Source: a virus
Reading direction: 5' to 3' (one strand)
DNA: 64,000 nt
Virus record (IMG/VR): IMGVR_UViG_3300045972_000807
Location: 96,001 to 160,000 of that record
Numbering within the stretch: the first letter of the stretch is position 1; every line of letters starts with the position of its first letter. Below the pieces are notes generated by a model that did no database searches, was not told the origin of the DNA, and saw only the letters and a program-made list of their open reading frames with translations. This document shows, in pieces, positions 53,509-62,702 of the stretch. The position numbers and the translations under genes were made by a program.

Positions 53509-54180
53509 TTAAACCGCGTTGAACTCAAGGCCGAGGAAGGGAATGTCCTGGTTGGGTGTAGCAACGATGATCGCGCTGATAGCCACGCCGGAACCCGTTT
53601 GGTCGGTCAACATGCCGTTGGCGCCCAGCTTCACGGCTGTAGCGGCGGCCCAGTTCTTCGAGGAGTCGAATTGGCTGGTGTAGATCTTGCCGCCTTGTGA
53701 GCAGCCAACCGAACCCAGCAGCGAACCTGCGTAGCCGGAGGGGATTGCATTGCCCATCAGGCCAATGGCAGCTTGCACGCTCAGGGCGTAGGTGTACGTC
53801 ACGGTCACAGCGTCGCCGGCGGTCAGGCCAGTGATGGTGTTGCCCACAACGGTGGGGCTAGCCACGGCAGCACCAGTGGTGTCATCGTGCACAGCAGTAG
53901 CCGAAGCCAAAGGAGCAAACGCCAGAGTCACAACACCGGATGCGGGAACGATTTGCTTCTCGACCTTCACCGCGTGCGATTCCAGGAACGGAGCAGCGGA
54001 AGTCTGGGCCAGCACAAAGCCGACAAACACTTCGCCAGCAGCGCCCATCGAGGGAGCTACGCCGAACTGTCCATTAACATTTGTGGCGACGAGAGCCTGA
54101 CCATCGGCGCTGAGAGTAGCGCCTGCAGCCAGAGGGTATTCCGTGGAACGGATGTGTTGCGAGAGGGGATGGTAGATCAT
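53509..54180 (-). CDS. Capsid decoration / cement protein
   Basis: Immediately upstream of the MCP; G/A/V/T-rich; strong codon bias. Confidence 0.65.
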   Translation of the reverse strand: MIYHPLSQHIRSTEYPLAAGATLSADGQALVATNVNGQFGVAPSMGAAGEVFVGFVLAQTSAAPFLESHAVKVEKQIVPASGVVTLAFAPLASATAVHDDTTGAAVASPTVVGNTITGLTAGDAVTVTYTYALSVQAAIGLMGNAIPSGYAGSLLGSVGCSQGGKIYTSQFDSSKNWAAATAVKLGANGMLTDQTGSGVAISAIIVATPNQDIPFLGLEFNAV

Positions 54181-54256
54181 GAGAGTATCCTTACCTAGGT
54201 TGAAATAGCCCTAGTTGCCTAGAGCCGTGGGAACTAACGGAACTAATAGTTGCCTA

Positions 54257-55843
54257 TTAGAAATTGAAACGCAAAGGCGCGGAACCTGCGAGGATAGCGC
54301 TAGCATTGCTGCCGACGTTAGCCTTACGGGCACCCGATGCCGTTACACCTTGCTTGGGACGCAGCAGAACTGCTGTGGTCGTAAGACGCGATTGAATGCT
54401 ATCCAGGTCCTCGGATGTGTCGGTCACATCTTCGTCGCCGAACTCAGCACCTTCTTCGTTCATGGGCATTTCATCTGCGCTAGCACGCAGTTCAATGCTC
54501 GCACCGTCCTCAACCAGGTCAAGCATCTCAGCATATTCCTTGCGGACTTGCTCAGTCATACCCGACAGCTTGTTAGCCAGTTGAATCAGGGATTTTGCGT
54601 AGTCCATTCCGTTGTCGGCCATGATGCGACTAGCTGTAACCTTAGCAGTGCGTGCGCCTTGCGAGGTAGACAGATGTGCTTCCACTGCCGAACGGATAGG
54701 ATCCTTGAAGTCTTTGAAGATGCCCTTTGCCATGCCAACCGAAGCGATAGCCAGAGAGTCAGCGAAGATCTTATCCTTCTTCGACGCTTCTTCAGCAAAC
54801 TTCAAACGGGCTTGGGCAACGGCCTTAGCACCTGCCTTCACATCGGTGGGCTTCACGCGAATGTGTTGGAAGCCCATGCGGGCCAGTGCTTTGCGAGTAC
54901 CGCGCTGCTGGGCAGTGATTACCACAGCCTGGGCGAACTCCGGGGAGTGCAGGATATCTGCGTTGGTACCTACGTCGCGCTCGCGAGCGAAGGCCACAAC
55001 GTGAGCGCCCTTCATTGCGAGGAGCACACCTGCTTTGGACATGAACTCCAGGCCGTCCGGCGTGTCATTCAGTTCCATAGCGTCGATCAAGGGCTCTCCC
55101 GAGCCTTCGGTATCGACTACGTCTTGCAAAAACAGTTCTTCTTCATTGCCAGGTTCTTCCGCGCCCATGTCGCTAAAGTTAGGCATTTCGCCAGCTTCAG
55201 CACCAAAGTCGGGTTCACCCATTGCAATCGTGGGGTCTTCAGACCCGTCATCTTCCATAGTGGACTCCTCAGTGTACGAATCATCGTCTTCGGCTTCCGC
55301 TTCCGGATCGCTATCGTCAGCAGCTGCTTCGGCAGGGAAGTCATCTTCGCCTTCCAAATCAGCACTGCCGCCACCCGCTGGGGTAGCTTCCGGTTGAGGT
55401 TCGCCGTCCGCAGTTTCCTCCGCTTTAGGAGATTCCTCGTCTTCAGCAACTGCCAGCTCGCCACCGCAGGTAACGCAGTGCATACAGCCGGCCGCGGCCT
55501 TAACAGCCTTGAGGGGCATAACATTTTCTGTGGCGCAAGCACCGCAGGTAATGCTAGCCAGCTCGTCGTCGGACACAAACGCAGCGGTTTCGGGAACCGT
55601 GCGGTTGGATTCGATGACGCGATCTGAACCGCACGTAACGCAGTATGGTTCAGGTGATGCCGAGGCTACAACGTGTTGTTGGCTGCCGCAGTCCGAGCAC
55701 TCGAAGGAAGAGGTTTCCATCTTGTTAAGTGTCTTATGGGCATGGGTAGCCGCCAAGACTGGGTCTTTGCTCGAAGCAGCATACACAAACACGGTACCGC
55801 CTCTAACTGCCGAAGCAATCAGTTTTGCTTTTTCCGATGCCAT
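54257..55843 (-). CDS. Scaffold / prohead core-like protein with four CxxC motifs and acidic linker
   Basis: First gene of the head operon; CSDC, CVTC, CGAC, CVTC; long D/E tract. Confidence 0.6.
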   Translation of the reverse strand: MASEKAKLIASAVRGGTVFVYAASSKDPVLAATHAHKTLNKMETSSFECSDCGSQQHVVASASPEPYCVTCGSDRVIESNRTVPETAAFVSDDELASITCGACATENVMPLKAVKAAAGCMHCVTCGGELAVAEDEESPKAEETADGEPQPEATPAGGGSADLEGEDDFPAEAAADDSDPEAEAEDDDSYTEESTMEDDGSEDPTIAMGEPDFGAEAGEMPNFSDMGAEEPGNEEELFLQDVVDTEGSGEPLIDAMELNDTPDGLEFMSKAGVLLAMKGAHVVAFARERDVGTNADILHSPEFAQAVVITAQQRGTRKALARMGFQHIRVKPTDVKAGAKAVAQARLKFAEEASKKDKIFADSLAIASVGMAKGIFKDFKDPIRSAVEAHLSTSQGARTAKVTASRIMADNGMDYAKSLIQLANKLSGMTEQVRKEYAEMLDLVEDGASIELRASADEMPMNEEGAEFGDEDVTDTSEDLDSIQSRLTTTAVLLRPKQGVTASGARKANVGSNASAILAGSAPLRFNF

Positions 55844-56089
55844 GTATGAATACCTTTCTTAGTTAAACAATGACGCAGTGAAGCGCCTCTTAAAGCGAAG
55901 GCCTTACTCAGCGGATTTAACACCACCTCCTAAGGCTGTAATTAAATTGTGTCATCTGCGTGACGGGCAACGTCTACAGTGAGAACATTAGAAATTAGAT
56001 TAAATTGACCTAAAAACCACCTAAAATCTCAACATCTTTCGTGTTTCTGACAGGAAAATAGTGCTAAAAAGGTAGTATTCTGAGGCATT

Positions 56090-56126
56090 ACGTGCTACAA
56101 TGAAGGCGTAGGGCAAACGCTCTGCG
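56090..56126 (+). promoter_or_regulatory. Extended -10 early promoter with leader hairpin
   Basis: TGcTACAAT (56093-56101) then CGTAGGGC-aaac-GCTCTGCG; homologous to 20175-20207. Confidence 0.75.
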
Positions 56127-56156
56127 GAAATTACCCCCAACTAACAGGAGTTTGAG

Positions 56157-56384
56157 ATGGCAAAGATTCGGATGTACGCACTGTTCAACTTCAAGAAGCA
56201 AATTTTGGTCGACCCACTTGGAATCTTTTTCCAAGGTTTGCCGAAACATGGAGCTTCGGTGTTCTGCTTCCCTACCGAAGCAGCTGCTACTAGGGCAGCC
56301 AAACGCTACGTTAAGCCCAGGTTTGAGGTCAGGGCCCTGGACGTTGGTTCTAAACGCGGCAAACCGTTTCCTGTCCGCGCCTAA
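56157..56384 (+). CDS. Early hypothetical basic protein
   Basis: AGGAG RBS. Confidence 0.7.
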   Translation: MAKIRMYALFNFKKQILVDPLGIFFQGLPKHGASVFCFPTEAAATRAAKRYVKPRFEVRALDVGSKRGKPFPVRA

Positions 56385-56459
56385 GTTTTTGTTTCCGGTT
56401 TAGTAGGGACGCCTTTAAGTTCCCTGCATTGTTAGTTCTCTGTAAATTAGGAGTTTCAA

Positions 56460-56720
56460 ATGTCTTCAATCACACGTAACGTTCTTATCGCCCGCGGTGT
56501 TTCTGCTAACGTCAAGTTCCTGGATCAGCGCAAGACGCATGATCGCGTTATCGCCAAGTGCCCGAGCATTAGCTCTTCGGATATCACGATCACGCTGGAT
56601 CGTGAACACGGTTTCTTCGTAGGTACCCTCGACGGCGAGATCATCAGCAAGTCCCGTGAACCGCAAGTCGCATTCCGCCGCGCTGTTCGCAAGACTTGGC
56701 GCAAGGCCGCTGCTCACTAA
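56460..56720 (+). CDS. Early basic protein, likely highly expressed
   Basis: AGGAG RBS; strong codon bias; followed by a hairpin. Confidence 0.75.
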   Translation: MSSITRNVLIARGVSANVKFLDQRKTHDRVIAKCPSISSSDITITLDREHGFFVGTLDGEIISKSREPQVAFRRAVRKTWRKAAAH

Positions 56721-56743
56721 TTAGTGGGTAGATCATGTTGCCC

Positions 56744-56778
56744 GCAAAAGGCTCGACTAGGTCGGGCCGTTTGCATTT
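56744..56778 (+). terminator. Terminator-like hairpin
   Basis: GCAAA-aGGCTCGAC-tag-GTCGGGCCg-TTTGC-ATTT. Confidence 0.6.
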
Positions 56779-56804
56779 CTAATACTTAACGCTAGGATTC
56801 AAAA

Positions 56805-56933
56805 ATGAGAGAACTCGACGAGTTAACGAAAGACGGCATGGCAATGGGCATGCTAAGAAATGGTACGGCAGGAAGCGCTCTGCTCTGCCGTGCTGTGTAC
56901 GCAATCCTGTTGTACTTGATTGCTTCAAAATGA
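56805..56933 (+). CDS. Small protein (42 aa, not in ORF track)
   Basis: AGGA RBS; ATGA-coupled to the next gene. Confidence 0.5.
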   Translation: MRELDELTKDGMAMGMLRNGTAGSALLCRAVYAILLYLIASK

Positions 56934-57301
56934 AAGTCCCTTACAGATTTGACAGCGCGCGGGTGGTAGGAACTTTAACCGTTCAAGAAGTAACCCTGCG
57001 CCAGCACTACGAGACGGCAGCTTGGTTTCGAGACCACAAGGTAAAACCCGGAGAGTACCCGGTGTTTGCCAAGCCTAACGGTAGCTATAATCAGCTAATG
57101 TACGGCGTTGTTTTGGACACAGTTATTACCGCAGCTTGTTTCCAATCCCTGTTCGGTGGGGTTGGCTACGGAGAAGACAAAGCAGGCCAGCGTGAGGTAG
57201 GTAAAGAGTCTACCTATACCATCGTTGAAGGCGAAAGCTACCAGCAAGGCGGGATCACCCCGTTTGAAGGTTGGACAGATTTTAGTTACAAACCTTTTTG
57301 A
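56930..57301 (+). CDS. Hypothetical protein
   Basis: Operonic; YETAAWF...VKPGEYPV. Confidence 0.7.
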   Translation: MKVPYRFDSARVVGTLTVQEVTLRQHYETAAWFRDHKVKPGEYPVFAKPNGSYNQLMYGVVLDTVITAACFQSLFGGVGYGEDKAGQREVGKESTYTIVEGESYQQGGITPFEGWTDFSYKPF

Positions 57302-57308
57302 GCACATT

Positions 57309-57554
57309 ATGAACCAACAAAAATTGGATATGCTGGACGGTGAAGTTAAGGGGGCTATGCAGCAGTACGTTAGCGGTATGCTGGGTATTACTGAATTTTG
57401 CGACTTCATGGCCCTGATCCGCAGCCGGGTAGGCAGCGATACGAAACTGTGCGGTCTCCTTGATCCCAATACGGGCTTGCGCTACCCTACGCTGAAGGAG
57501 ATGTCAATCCAAGCTGCTCAGCACCGGCAGTCCCAGGAAAACCTGGCATCATAG
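57309..57554 (+). CDS. Hypothetical protein
   Basis: Likely start ATG 57309 (MNQQKL). Confidence 0.6.
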   Translation: MNQQKLDMLDGEVKGAMQQYVSGMLGITEFCDFMALIRSRVGSDTKLCGLLDPNTGLRYPTLKEMSIQAAQHRQSQENLAS

Positions 57555-57561
57555 ATTTACT

Positions 57562-57747
57562 ATGGCACGCAGAATAATAGCTGCTACTAGCAGCAAAACG
57601 TACAAGGCTGTAATGCTAACGCCTGCATGGGCGGGCTTTCAGGTTTTGGCAGTGAGGGTAGGACAGGATTGCTATTCCTACGTAGAGATAGAGTGGGCCC
57701 CGGTGTCATATTGGCGTTGGAAGCTCAGCAACTGGATTTCGTTTTAA
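57562..57747 (+). CDS. Hypothetical protein
   Basis: Fills the operon gap. Confidence 0.5.
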   Translation: MARRIIAATSSKTYKAVMLTPAWAGFQVLAVRVGQDCYSYVEIEWAPVSYWRWKLSNWISF

Positions 57748-57770
57748 TTCCTTAAAATCAGGAGAAACAA

Positions 57771-58037
57771 ATGGCACGCTTTACAAAAGCTGAGCTGGGC
57801 AGAATCAAACCCGGCACATGGGTAACAGTTATGTGGAAAGATACCGACATGGCCCAGGCTATCCTCTTGCTCGAAAGGATCAACGTTAAAGAGCATGGTG
57901 ACATTACGCTAAAGTATTTTGATCCAGCGCATAACTGCATTAAAACCTTGGCAGTGCATAAACAGATCGTAGGGGTAGGCGATCGTGTTACGGTCCCTGA
58001 AGCACAAGTTCAATCCAATTGTGAAGGAGACACCTAA
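57771..58037 (+). CDS. Early hypothetical protein (paralog of 20243-20557)
   Basis: AGGAG RBS; TKAELGRIKPGTWVTVMWKD...LLLER...GDIT. Confidence 0.75.
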   Translation: MARFTKAELGRIKPGTWVTVMWKDTDMAQAILLLERINVKEHGDITLKYFDPAHNCIKTLAVHKQIVGVGDRVTVPEAQVQSNCEGDT

Positions 58038-58038
58038 A

Positions 58039-58359
58039 GTGCCTACAACAGTTAACAGCATCATAGACTCTGAAAAACTAAGGAGAACCCTTAGAGAGTT
58101 AAAATCAACAGAAGAACGCGATGCCTATGTACAAGGTTTAGTTGAAGGCTTAGACATGGGCATAAGGATCTTCAGAGCCAGCTTAGCAAAGGTTCTTAGC
58201 ACACTACCTTCAAAGACTGAGGCTGAGGTTACCGCAGCCCTTAAGGAACACGAACATCTAATGTTAGGAGATCGTGTGCCTGAACGTTCTGAGCTAAACC
58301 TATCAGAAAATCTCAAAGAACTTTTCAGTAAACTTCGCAACCCACACAAAGGAAAATGA
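58039..58359 (+). CDS. Hypothetical protein
   Basis: AGGAG RBS before GTG 58039. Confidence 0.6.
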   Translation: MPTTVNSIIDSEKLRRTLRELKSTEERDAYVQGLVEGLDMGIRIFRASLAKVLSTLPSKTEAEVTAALKEHEHLMLGDRVPERSELNLSENLKELFSKLRNPHKGK

Positions 58360-58682
58360 AAATGGCACACAAGTATGGAAAAGGAACATTCCTTGCCAAG
58401 CTGGCAGACGATTTGGAAGCACACGGCATGCTGCCTAATCAGGCAGAGGACGTTATGTCTATCTTTGTTGCAGGTGAGCGTGACAGTTCGATGTCTAGCC
58501 GCTGGATGGATGACCCTGACGGTTACCCTCCGGTTCTCTACAATCTTGTGTGGGGCATTTTGTGTACTTACGCCCTTTCGTACATAGACAAGATTTGCCC
58601 ACAGGCGTGGTTCCGTCCTGTCTTTCTTTCGCCCTCTGAGCAAGAAGCGTGGCTCAAAGAAAACGGCGTTAAACGGCGCTAA
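58356..58682 (+). CDS. Hypothetical phage protein
   Basis: RWMDDPDGYP...YIDKICPQAWFRPVF. Confidence 0.7.
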   Translation: MKMAHKYGKGTFLAKLADDLEAHGMLPNQAEDVMSIFVAGERDSSMSSRWMDDPDGYPPVLYNLVWGILCTYALSYIDKICPQAWFRPVFLSPSEQEAWLKENGVKRR

Positions 58683-58705
58683 GTCTTACTAACTGGATAA
58701 GTACC

Positions 58706-58891
58706 ATGGAAATAATGATTAAGAATCCTGCAAACAAGAACGAGGCTGTTGCCTTGTCCAAGGAACAGTTCGCTGTAGTTCACGATTACATCGTAGGCTG
58801 CATGAACACCCAGAAGAAGGCAAAGGACGCGGTTGTGGTGGACATGCTGATTGCCGCCAACCTCCCCATTGTTTTCAAAACCAAACCGTAG
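58706..58891 (+). CDS. Hypothetical protein
   Basis: Operonic. Confidence 0.6.
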   Translation: MEIMIKNPANKNEAVALSKEQFAVVHDYIVGCMNTQKKAKDAVVVDMLIAANLPIVFKTKP

Positions 58892-58900
58892 GAGCCTGCT

Positions 58901-59242
58901 ATGGCAGTAATTTACAGTGCCCATTGGAGAGCTTGGAGCAGAGTGCTAAGCGACAAGGATGGGGTCTACGTGGAACTAAACCTATCCCATATAAACGGGA
59001 TGTGGGACAAAGTAAAAGAGGAGACTATCCGGGAACACCGTACCACTCGGTCTCCTAAAGACGTAGAGCAAGAGAACCTTCCTGTTGCTGTGAAGCAGGC
59101 AATGGTTGCTGTGCTAGGCGCTAAGTTTGTAGAGCGTCTTCTCACTTACGACTACTTGTCCGAGGTAGATTGGGCCAAGTACAAAAAGATAGCTAACGGC
59201 GGCGCAGCATTTAACCAAATAAGGAAACTTGAATATGTCTAG
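58901..59242 (+). CDS. Hypothetical protein
   Basis: AGGAG RBS. Confidence 0.7.
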   Translation: MAVIYSAHWRAWSRVLSDKDGVYVELNLSHINGMWDKVKEETIREHRTTRSPKDVEQENLPVAVKQAMVAVLGAKFVERLLTYDYLSEVDWAKYKKIANGGAAFNQIRKLEYV

Positions 59243-59615
59243 CATAACAGACGAACGTTTTGTACGGGCATTGAAGTCCTACCATTCTGACAGGATGCTG
59301 GAGTCGGCTTTAAAAGACGTTAGCGCTCGCTTTCTCGAAAGCACTGGGCGTACGTCGGTAACAGGTATTCGTTACACCACTTTTTGTCTCTTGGTGGCAC
59401 AAGCGTTGGAAAATATGCTTGCAGGGTACGGCGGTCATCAAACCGTCGACTCCCGCTACCTTTCAGAAGCCATTGGGTACCAGTTAGGAGGCGCCCAGGT
59501 TGAGCCCTTAGGGGTCGAGCGTTACCAGCAACTGGTTGATACCGTATACGAATTGCAGACCAAATTTTCGGTTTTCGGTGGACTGCTTGACTCCCTGGCC
59601 AAGTTTGCTACCTAA
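59235..59615 (+). CDS. Hypothetical protein
   Basis: AAGGA RBS. Confidence 0.65.
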   Translation: MSSITDERFVRALKSYHSDRMLESALKDVSARFLESTGRTSVTGIRYTTFCLLVAQALENMLAGYGGHQTVDSRYLSEAIGYQLGGAQVEPLGVERYQQLVDTVYELQTKFSVFGGLLDSLAKFAT

Positions 59616-59626
59616 AGGAAAACAGT

Positions 59627-59893
59627 ATGTCTAACTGGGAAATAAAAGCACCGGATTGCTATATGTCATTCAGCAACGGAGCGTACAGAGTCATTCACAA
59701 GGGCATGCCTATCAGCGACGGCAAGAAGACTATGGTGGAGGCAGCCGCAGTGGCTATGCAATTCAAGCTCACCATGTCCTCGATATCGTGGAACGGCGAT
59801 ATGGGCTTGTGGGTTGCAGCTAGCACGCTGGGTACGAGTAACGAACTGCATGTACCTGGCAGCCTTTCGCGCTACTCTATAGAAGTGGAATAG
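59627..59893 (+). CDS. Hypothetical protein
   Basis: AAGGA RBS. Confidence 0.65.
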   Translation: MSNWEIKAPDCYMSFSNGAYRVIHKGMPISDGKKTMVEAAAVAMQFKLTMSSISWNGDMGLWVAASTLGTSNELHVPGSLSRYSIEVE

Positions 59894-59926
59894 TATTTTT
59901 AATGTGTGGCACACAGGAGAAATACT

Positions 59927-60124
59927 ATGGCTACGGGATTTGAAAGGGGAAAACAGGCAGCCATAAAGCTGCTTGAAGGTACTGCGGAGGACTTTGAGGA
60001 AATAGCGGCTAGGTTCGATACCCCCAATCGAACTCCGCTAGAGTTCAGGCAACAGCAGTTATTCCTTGAAAAGGCAACTTTGTTGCGCGGACAGATAACG
60101 CAAATTCAACAATTGAAAGAGTGA
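59927..60124 (+). CDS. Hypothetical protein
   Basis: AGGAG RBS before ATG 59927. Confidence 0.6.
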   Translation: MATGFERGKQAAIKLLEGTAEDFEEIAARFDTPNRTPLEFRQQQLFLEKATLLRGQITQIQQLKE

Positions 60125-60125
60125 A

Positions 60126-62006
60126 ATGAAAACCTTGACCAATAAAACCTTGGCTGAGAAGAAAGAAATGTACTTACGGGCAAAAGACGAATACTACAAC
60201 TCTGAAGATGGTAAATCGTTTTTGACAGACGCCCAGTTTGATAAGCTCGAAGACGCGATTCGAGCTGAGGCCCCTAAGTGGAGTGGCCTCAAGAAAACAG
60301 GCATCCTTGGCAAGAAGAAACCCATCAGGCTTCTTGTACCCATGCCCAGCCTTACCAAGTGTAAGGCGCACGACGGTGTTGCTGCAAAGCACATTGCTCG
60401 TCTCAATAAGTTTGATCCAGCCCCTAAGGCTATCATGGAAAAGCTCGACGGTGCTTCTGTGATATCGCACTACGAAGGCGGCAAACTACAACTCCTCGCC
60501 ACGCGCGGCGACGGCATAATAGGCCAGGAAATTACCTTCCTCGCGCCCTACTGCAAAACACTCCCCAAGACAATCAAGCGCAAAGCGCCTACGACAATCC
60601 GTATGGAAGCCGTGCTTACTAAATCCGATTACAAGCGGTATTACAAGGACGAAGCTGACAGCGCTCGGGCTGGCGTTAGCGGTGCATTGAACCGCACTGA
60701 GGCGTCCCCAATGCTGAATCACATTCACTTTGTGGCTCTCCGGATGCTTGAAGAGGATGTGTCTATCAACCTAGGTCTTCTGATGCTGGCCGACCTGGGC
60801 TTCATTACTGTCCGTGGCCGATCCTTGAAAGACTGCACCGACGAGACGCTCACAACCGTTCTAGAGCACTACCGTGAGACTTCCATGTACGAGTGTGACG
60901 GCATTGTGGTTCACGCTAACAAGGCTCCGCTTCCGGTCGACGATAAGAAGCCGAAGTTTGCCTTCGCCTACAAGCTGGATGAGGAAACAGAGAACGCGCC
61001 CATCACTAAGATCGTAGACATTTTTTGGAAGAAGAGCGCGTTCAATGTCCTGGTGCCTAAGGCTATTATTGAGCCCGTGGACTTCGATGGTGTCACCGTT
61101 AAGCGCGCAGCACTTCATAACTATGAATGGGCACGTTCTCGCGGATGTGGCATAGGTGCTGAGGTTCGAGTTATCCGAAGCGGAGACATTATCCCCAAGA
61201 TCGTGAAGGTTGAAAAGGCTGCCCCGATGAGCAAGCCCCCTAAGTCCAAGTTTGGGGATTACACGTTCGATGGCACTAACCTGGTCTGCGTGGACAAGAC
61301 GGATAACCACAAGGCTTTGTTACAACGATTCTTCCAGCATACTGGCCTTGACGGCTTTGGGCCGGCTTTAGCGGAGGAATTTGCTTCGGTTAGCATGCCT
61401 ACCTGGGCAGTGTGCCGAATGACTGAACCGAAGCACTGGGGAGACTACGTGGCAAGCGAAAAAATGGGGATTAAACTGGCCCGGGAGGTAGTTGCCCTGC
61501 AAGAACGAATTACCTTAGACGTAGCTATGGCGGCGTCAGGCGTGTTTGAAAAGGGCGTGGGTAGCACTCGTATTCGGTCTTTGTTGAAAGCGTACCCGCT
61601 GGCTTTTGCGTACCTTACTACACCGTACTCTGAAGGTAACCTCAACTCGTTGATGAGCAAGGCTCAGATTACTGCAGGTTGTGGCCCTGCATTTTCTAAC
61701 CTGCTGAGCAAGGGCTACAAGGAGTGGTGTACTTGGTACAAGAAGTCCAAACTGGATATCCAACCGCCAGTAACTCCTAAGGTCCAGGTCAAGGTTAAGA
61801 CTGGCAAGTACGCAGGCAAGACCTTTAGCTGGACAGGCTATCGTAGCAAGGAAGAGGAAGCGGCTGTGGTAGCCGGCGGCGGTGAGGTTATTAAGCTGGG
61901 CAGCAAGACCAACGTGCTGTTCTACAACCCTAACGGCAAGTTCATGTCCAAGGTCGACAAGGCTGCGGGTCAAGGCGTTACTGTTGTTCTGTTCGTTAAC
62001 TACTAG
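60126..62006 (+). CDS. ligA: NAD-dependent DNA ligase
   Basis: Domain Ia YYN...TDAQFD, EKLDG adenylation site, TRGDG, CDGIVV, AFAYK, RSGDIIPKI, C-terminal BRCT-like domain. Confidence 0.95.
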   Translation: MKTLTNKTLAEKKEMYLRAKDEYYNSEDGKSFLTDAQFDKLEDAIRAEAPKWSGLKKTGILGKKKPIRLLVPMPSLTKCKAHDGVAAKHIARLNKFDPAPKAIMEKLDGASVISHYEGGKLQLLATRGDGIIGQEITFLAPYCKTLPKTIKRKAPTTIRMEAVLTKSDYKRYYKDEADSARAGVSGALNRTEASPMLNHIHFVALRMLEEDVSINLGLLMLADLGFITVRGRSLKDCTDETLTTVLEHYRETSMYECDGIVVHANKAPLPVDDKKPKFAFAYKLDEETENAPITKIVDIFWKKSAFNVLVPKAIIEPVDFDGVTVKRAALHNYEWARSRGCGIGAEVRVIRSGDIIPKIVKVEKAAPMSKPPKSKFGDYTFDGTNLVCVDKTDNHKALLQRFFQHTGLDGFGPALAEEFASVSMPTWAVCRMTEPKHWGDYVASEKMGIKLAREVVALQERITLDVAMAASGVFEKGVGSTRIRSLLKAYPLAFAYLTTPYSEGNLNSLMSKAQITAGCGPAFSNLLSKGYKEWCTWYKKSKLDIQPPVTPKVQVKVKTGKYAGKTFSWTGYRSKEEEAAVVAGGGEVIKLGSKTNVLFYNPNGKFMSKVDKAAGQGVTVVLFVNY

Positions 62007-62017
62007 GGGGAATAAAA

Positions 62018-62272
62018 ATGGGAATTCAACAACCTAAACCTACACAGCGAGACCATACTATGCTCTCGGCGTTCCAGAAAAACGTGGAGCTCGGAAAGTC
62101 TGTAGCTAGGCTCTACATTGCCGCTCAGGGTGTAAGCCTGGAAGCAAGCAACAAAGCCTGCGAACTTATGGATAACTCAACCGCAGCAATGCGATGGGGC
62201 TTCGACGCTGAAATGGCGCTATCCCCGTACAACGTTAGGTCCGCTAAGATTGGAGAATCAAATGGCAACTAA
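62018..62272 (+). CDS. Hypothetical protein
   Basis: GGGG/GGA RBS; operonic. Confidence 0.55.
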   Translation: MGIQQPKPTQRDHTMLSAFQKNVELGKSVARLYIAAQGVSLEASNKACELMDNSTAAMRWGFDAEMALSPYNVRSAKIGESNGN

Positions 62273-62702
62273 AGCTAAACAAAATCCTTTGATGCAGGTA
62301 ATCTTGAATTACGCAAAGGCTACTGCAAACAAAATGTGGGACGACGATCAGGGAAGCCGAGACGCAGTAGCCAAGTCCGAAGCAGAGTACAACATAGCTT
62401 TTCACAACCTACAACGGGCTTTGGCACGTAAACCCAACGTGGTATCCTTCGCTATTGGCGACGTGGTTAAGGTTCGTTCTACAATACGCGAGATACCATC
62501 AGGTTTAAAACGCAAGCGTGGCGAAGACCTGATAATAACCAATGCTGATATTTCAGGGGATGGGACTATGATCTACGGCGTTAACGGAAGTGCTTGGCAC
62601 AGACACGACACTCTAACTCTGGTTAGTAGGGCAATTCCAGCTACGCTACGCAAAGCCCTTTCACTTGGGCGTGATGACGAGGAAGAGGACGAGGAGTGCT
62701 AA
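62262..62702 (+). CDS. Hypothetical protein with SH3-like segment and acidic tail
   Basis: GGAG RBS before ATG 62262; FAIGDVVKV. Confidence 0.65.
   Translation: MATKAKQNPLMQVILNYAKATANKMWDDDQGSRDAVAKSEAEYNIAFHNLQRALARKPNVVSFAIGDVVKVRSTIREIPSGLKRKRGEDLIITNADISGDGTMIYGVNGSAWHRHDTLTLVSRAIPATLRKALSLGRDDEEEDEEC

Noticed and set aside
54215-55627. 470-aa plus-strand ORF and other long antisense ORFs over structural genes (e.g. 132-650, 2678-3196, 41831-42409, 51782-52345)
   Set aside because: Shadows of strongly codon-biased minus-strand genes; no RBS or recognisable motifs
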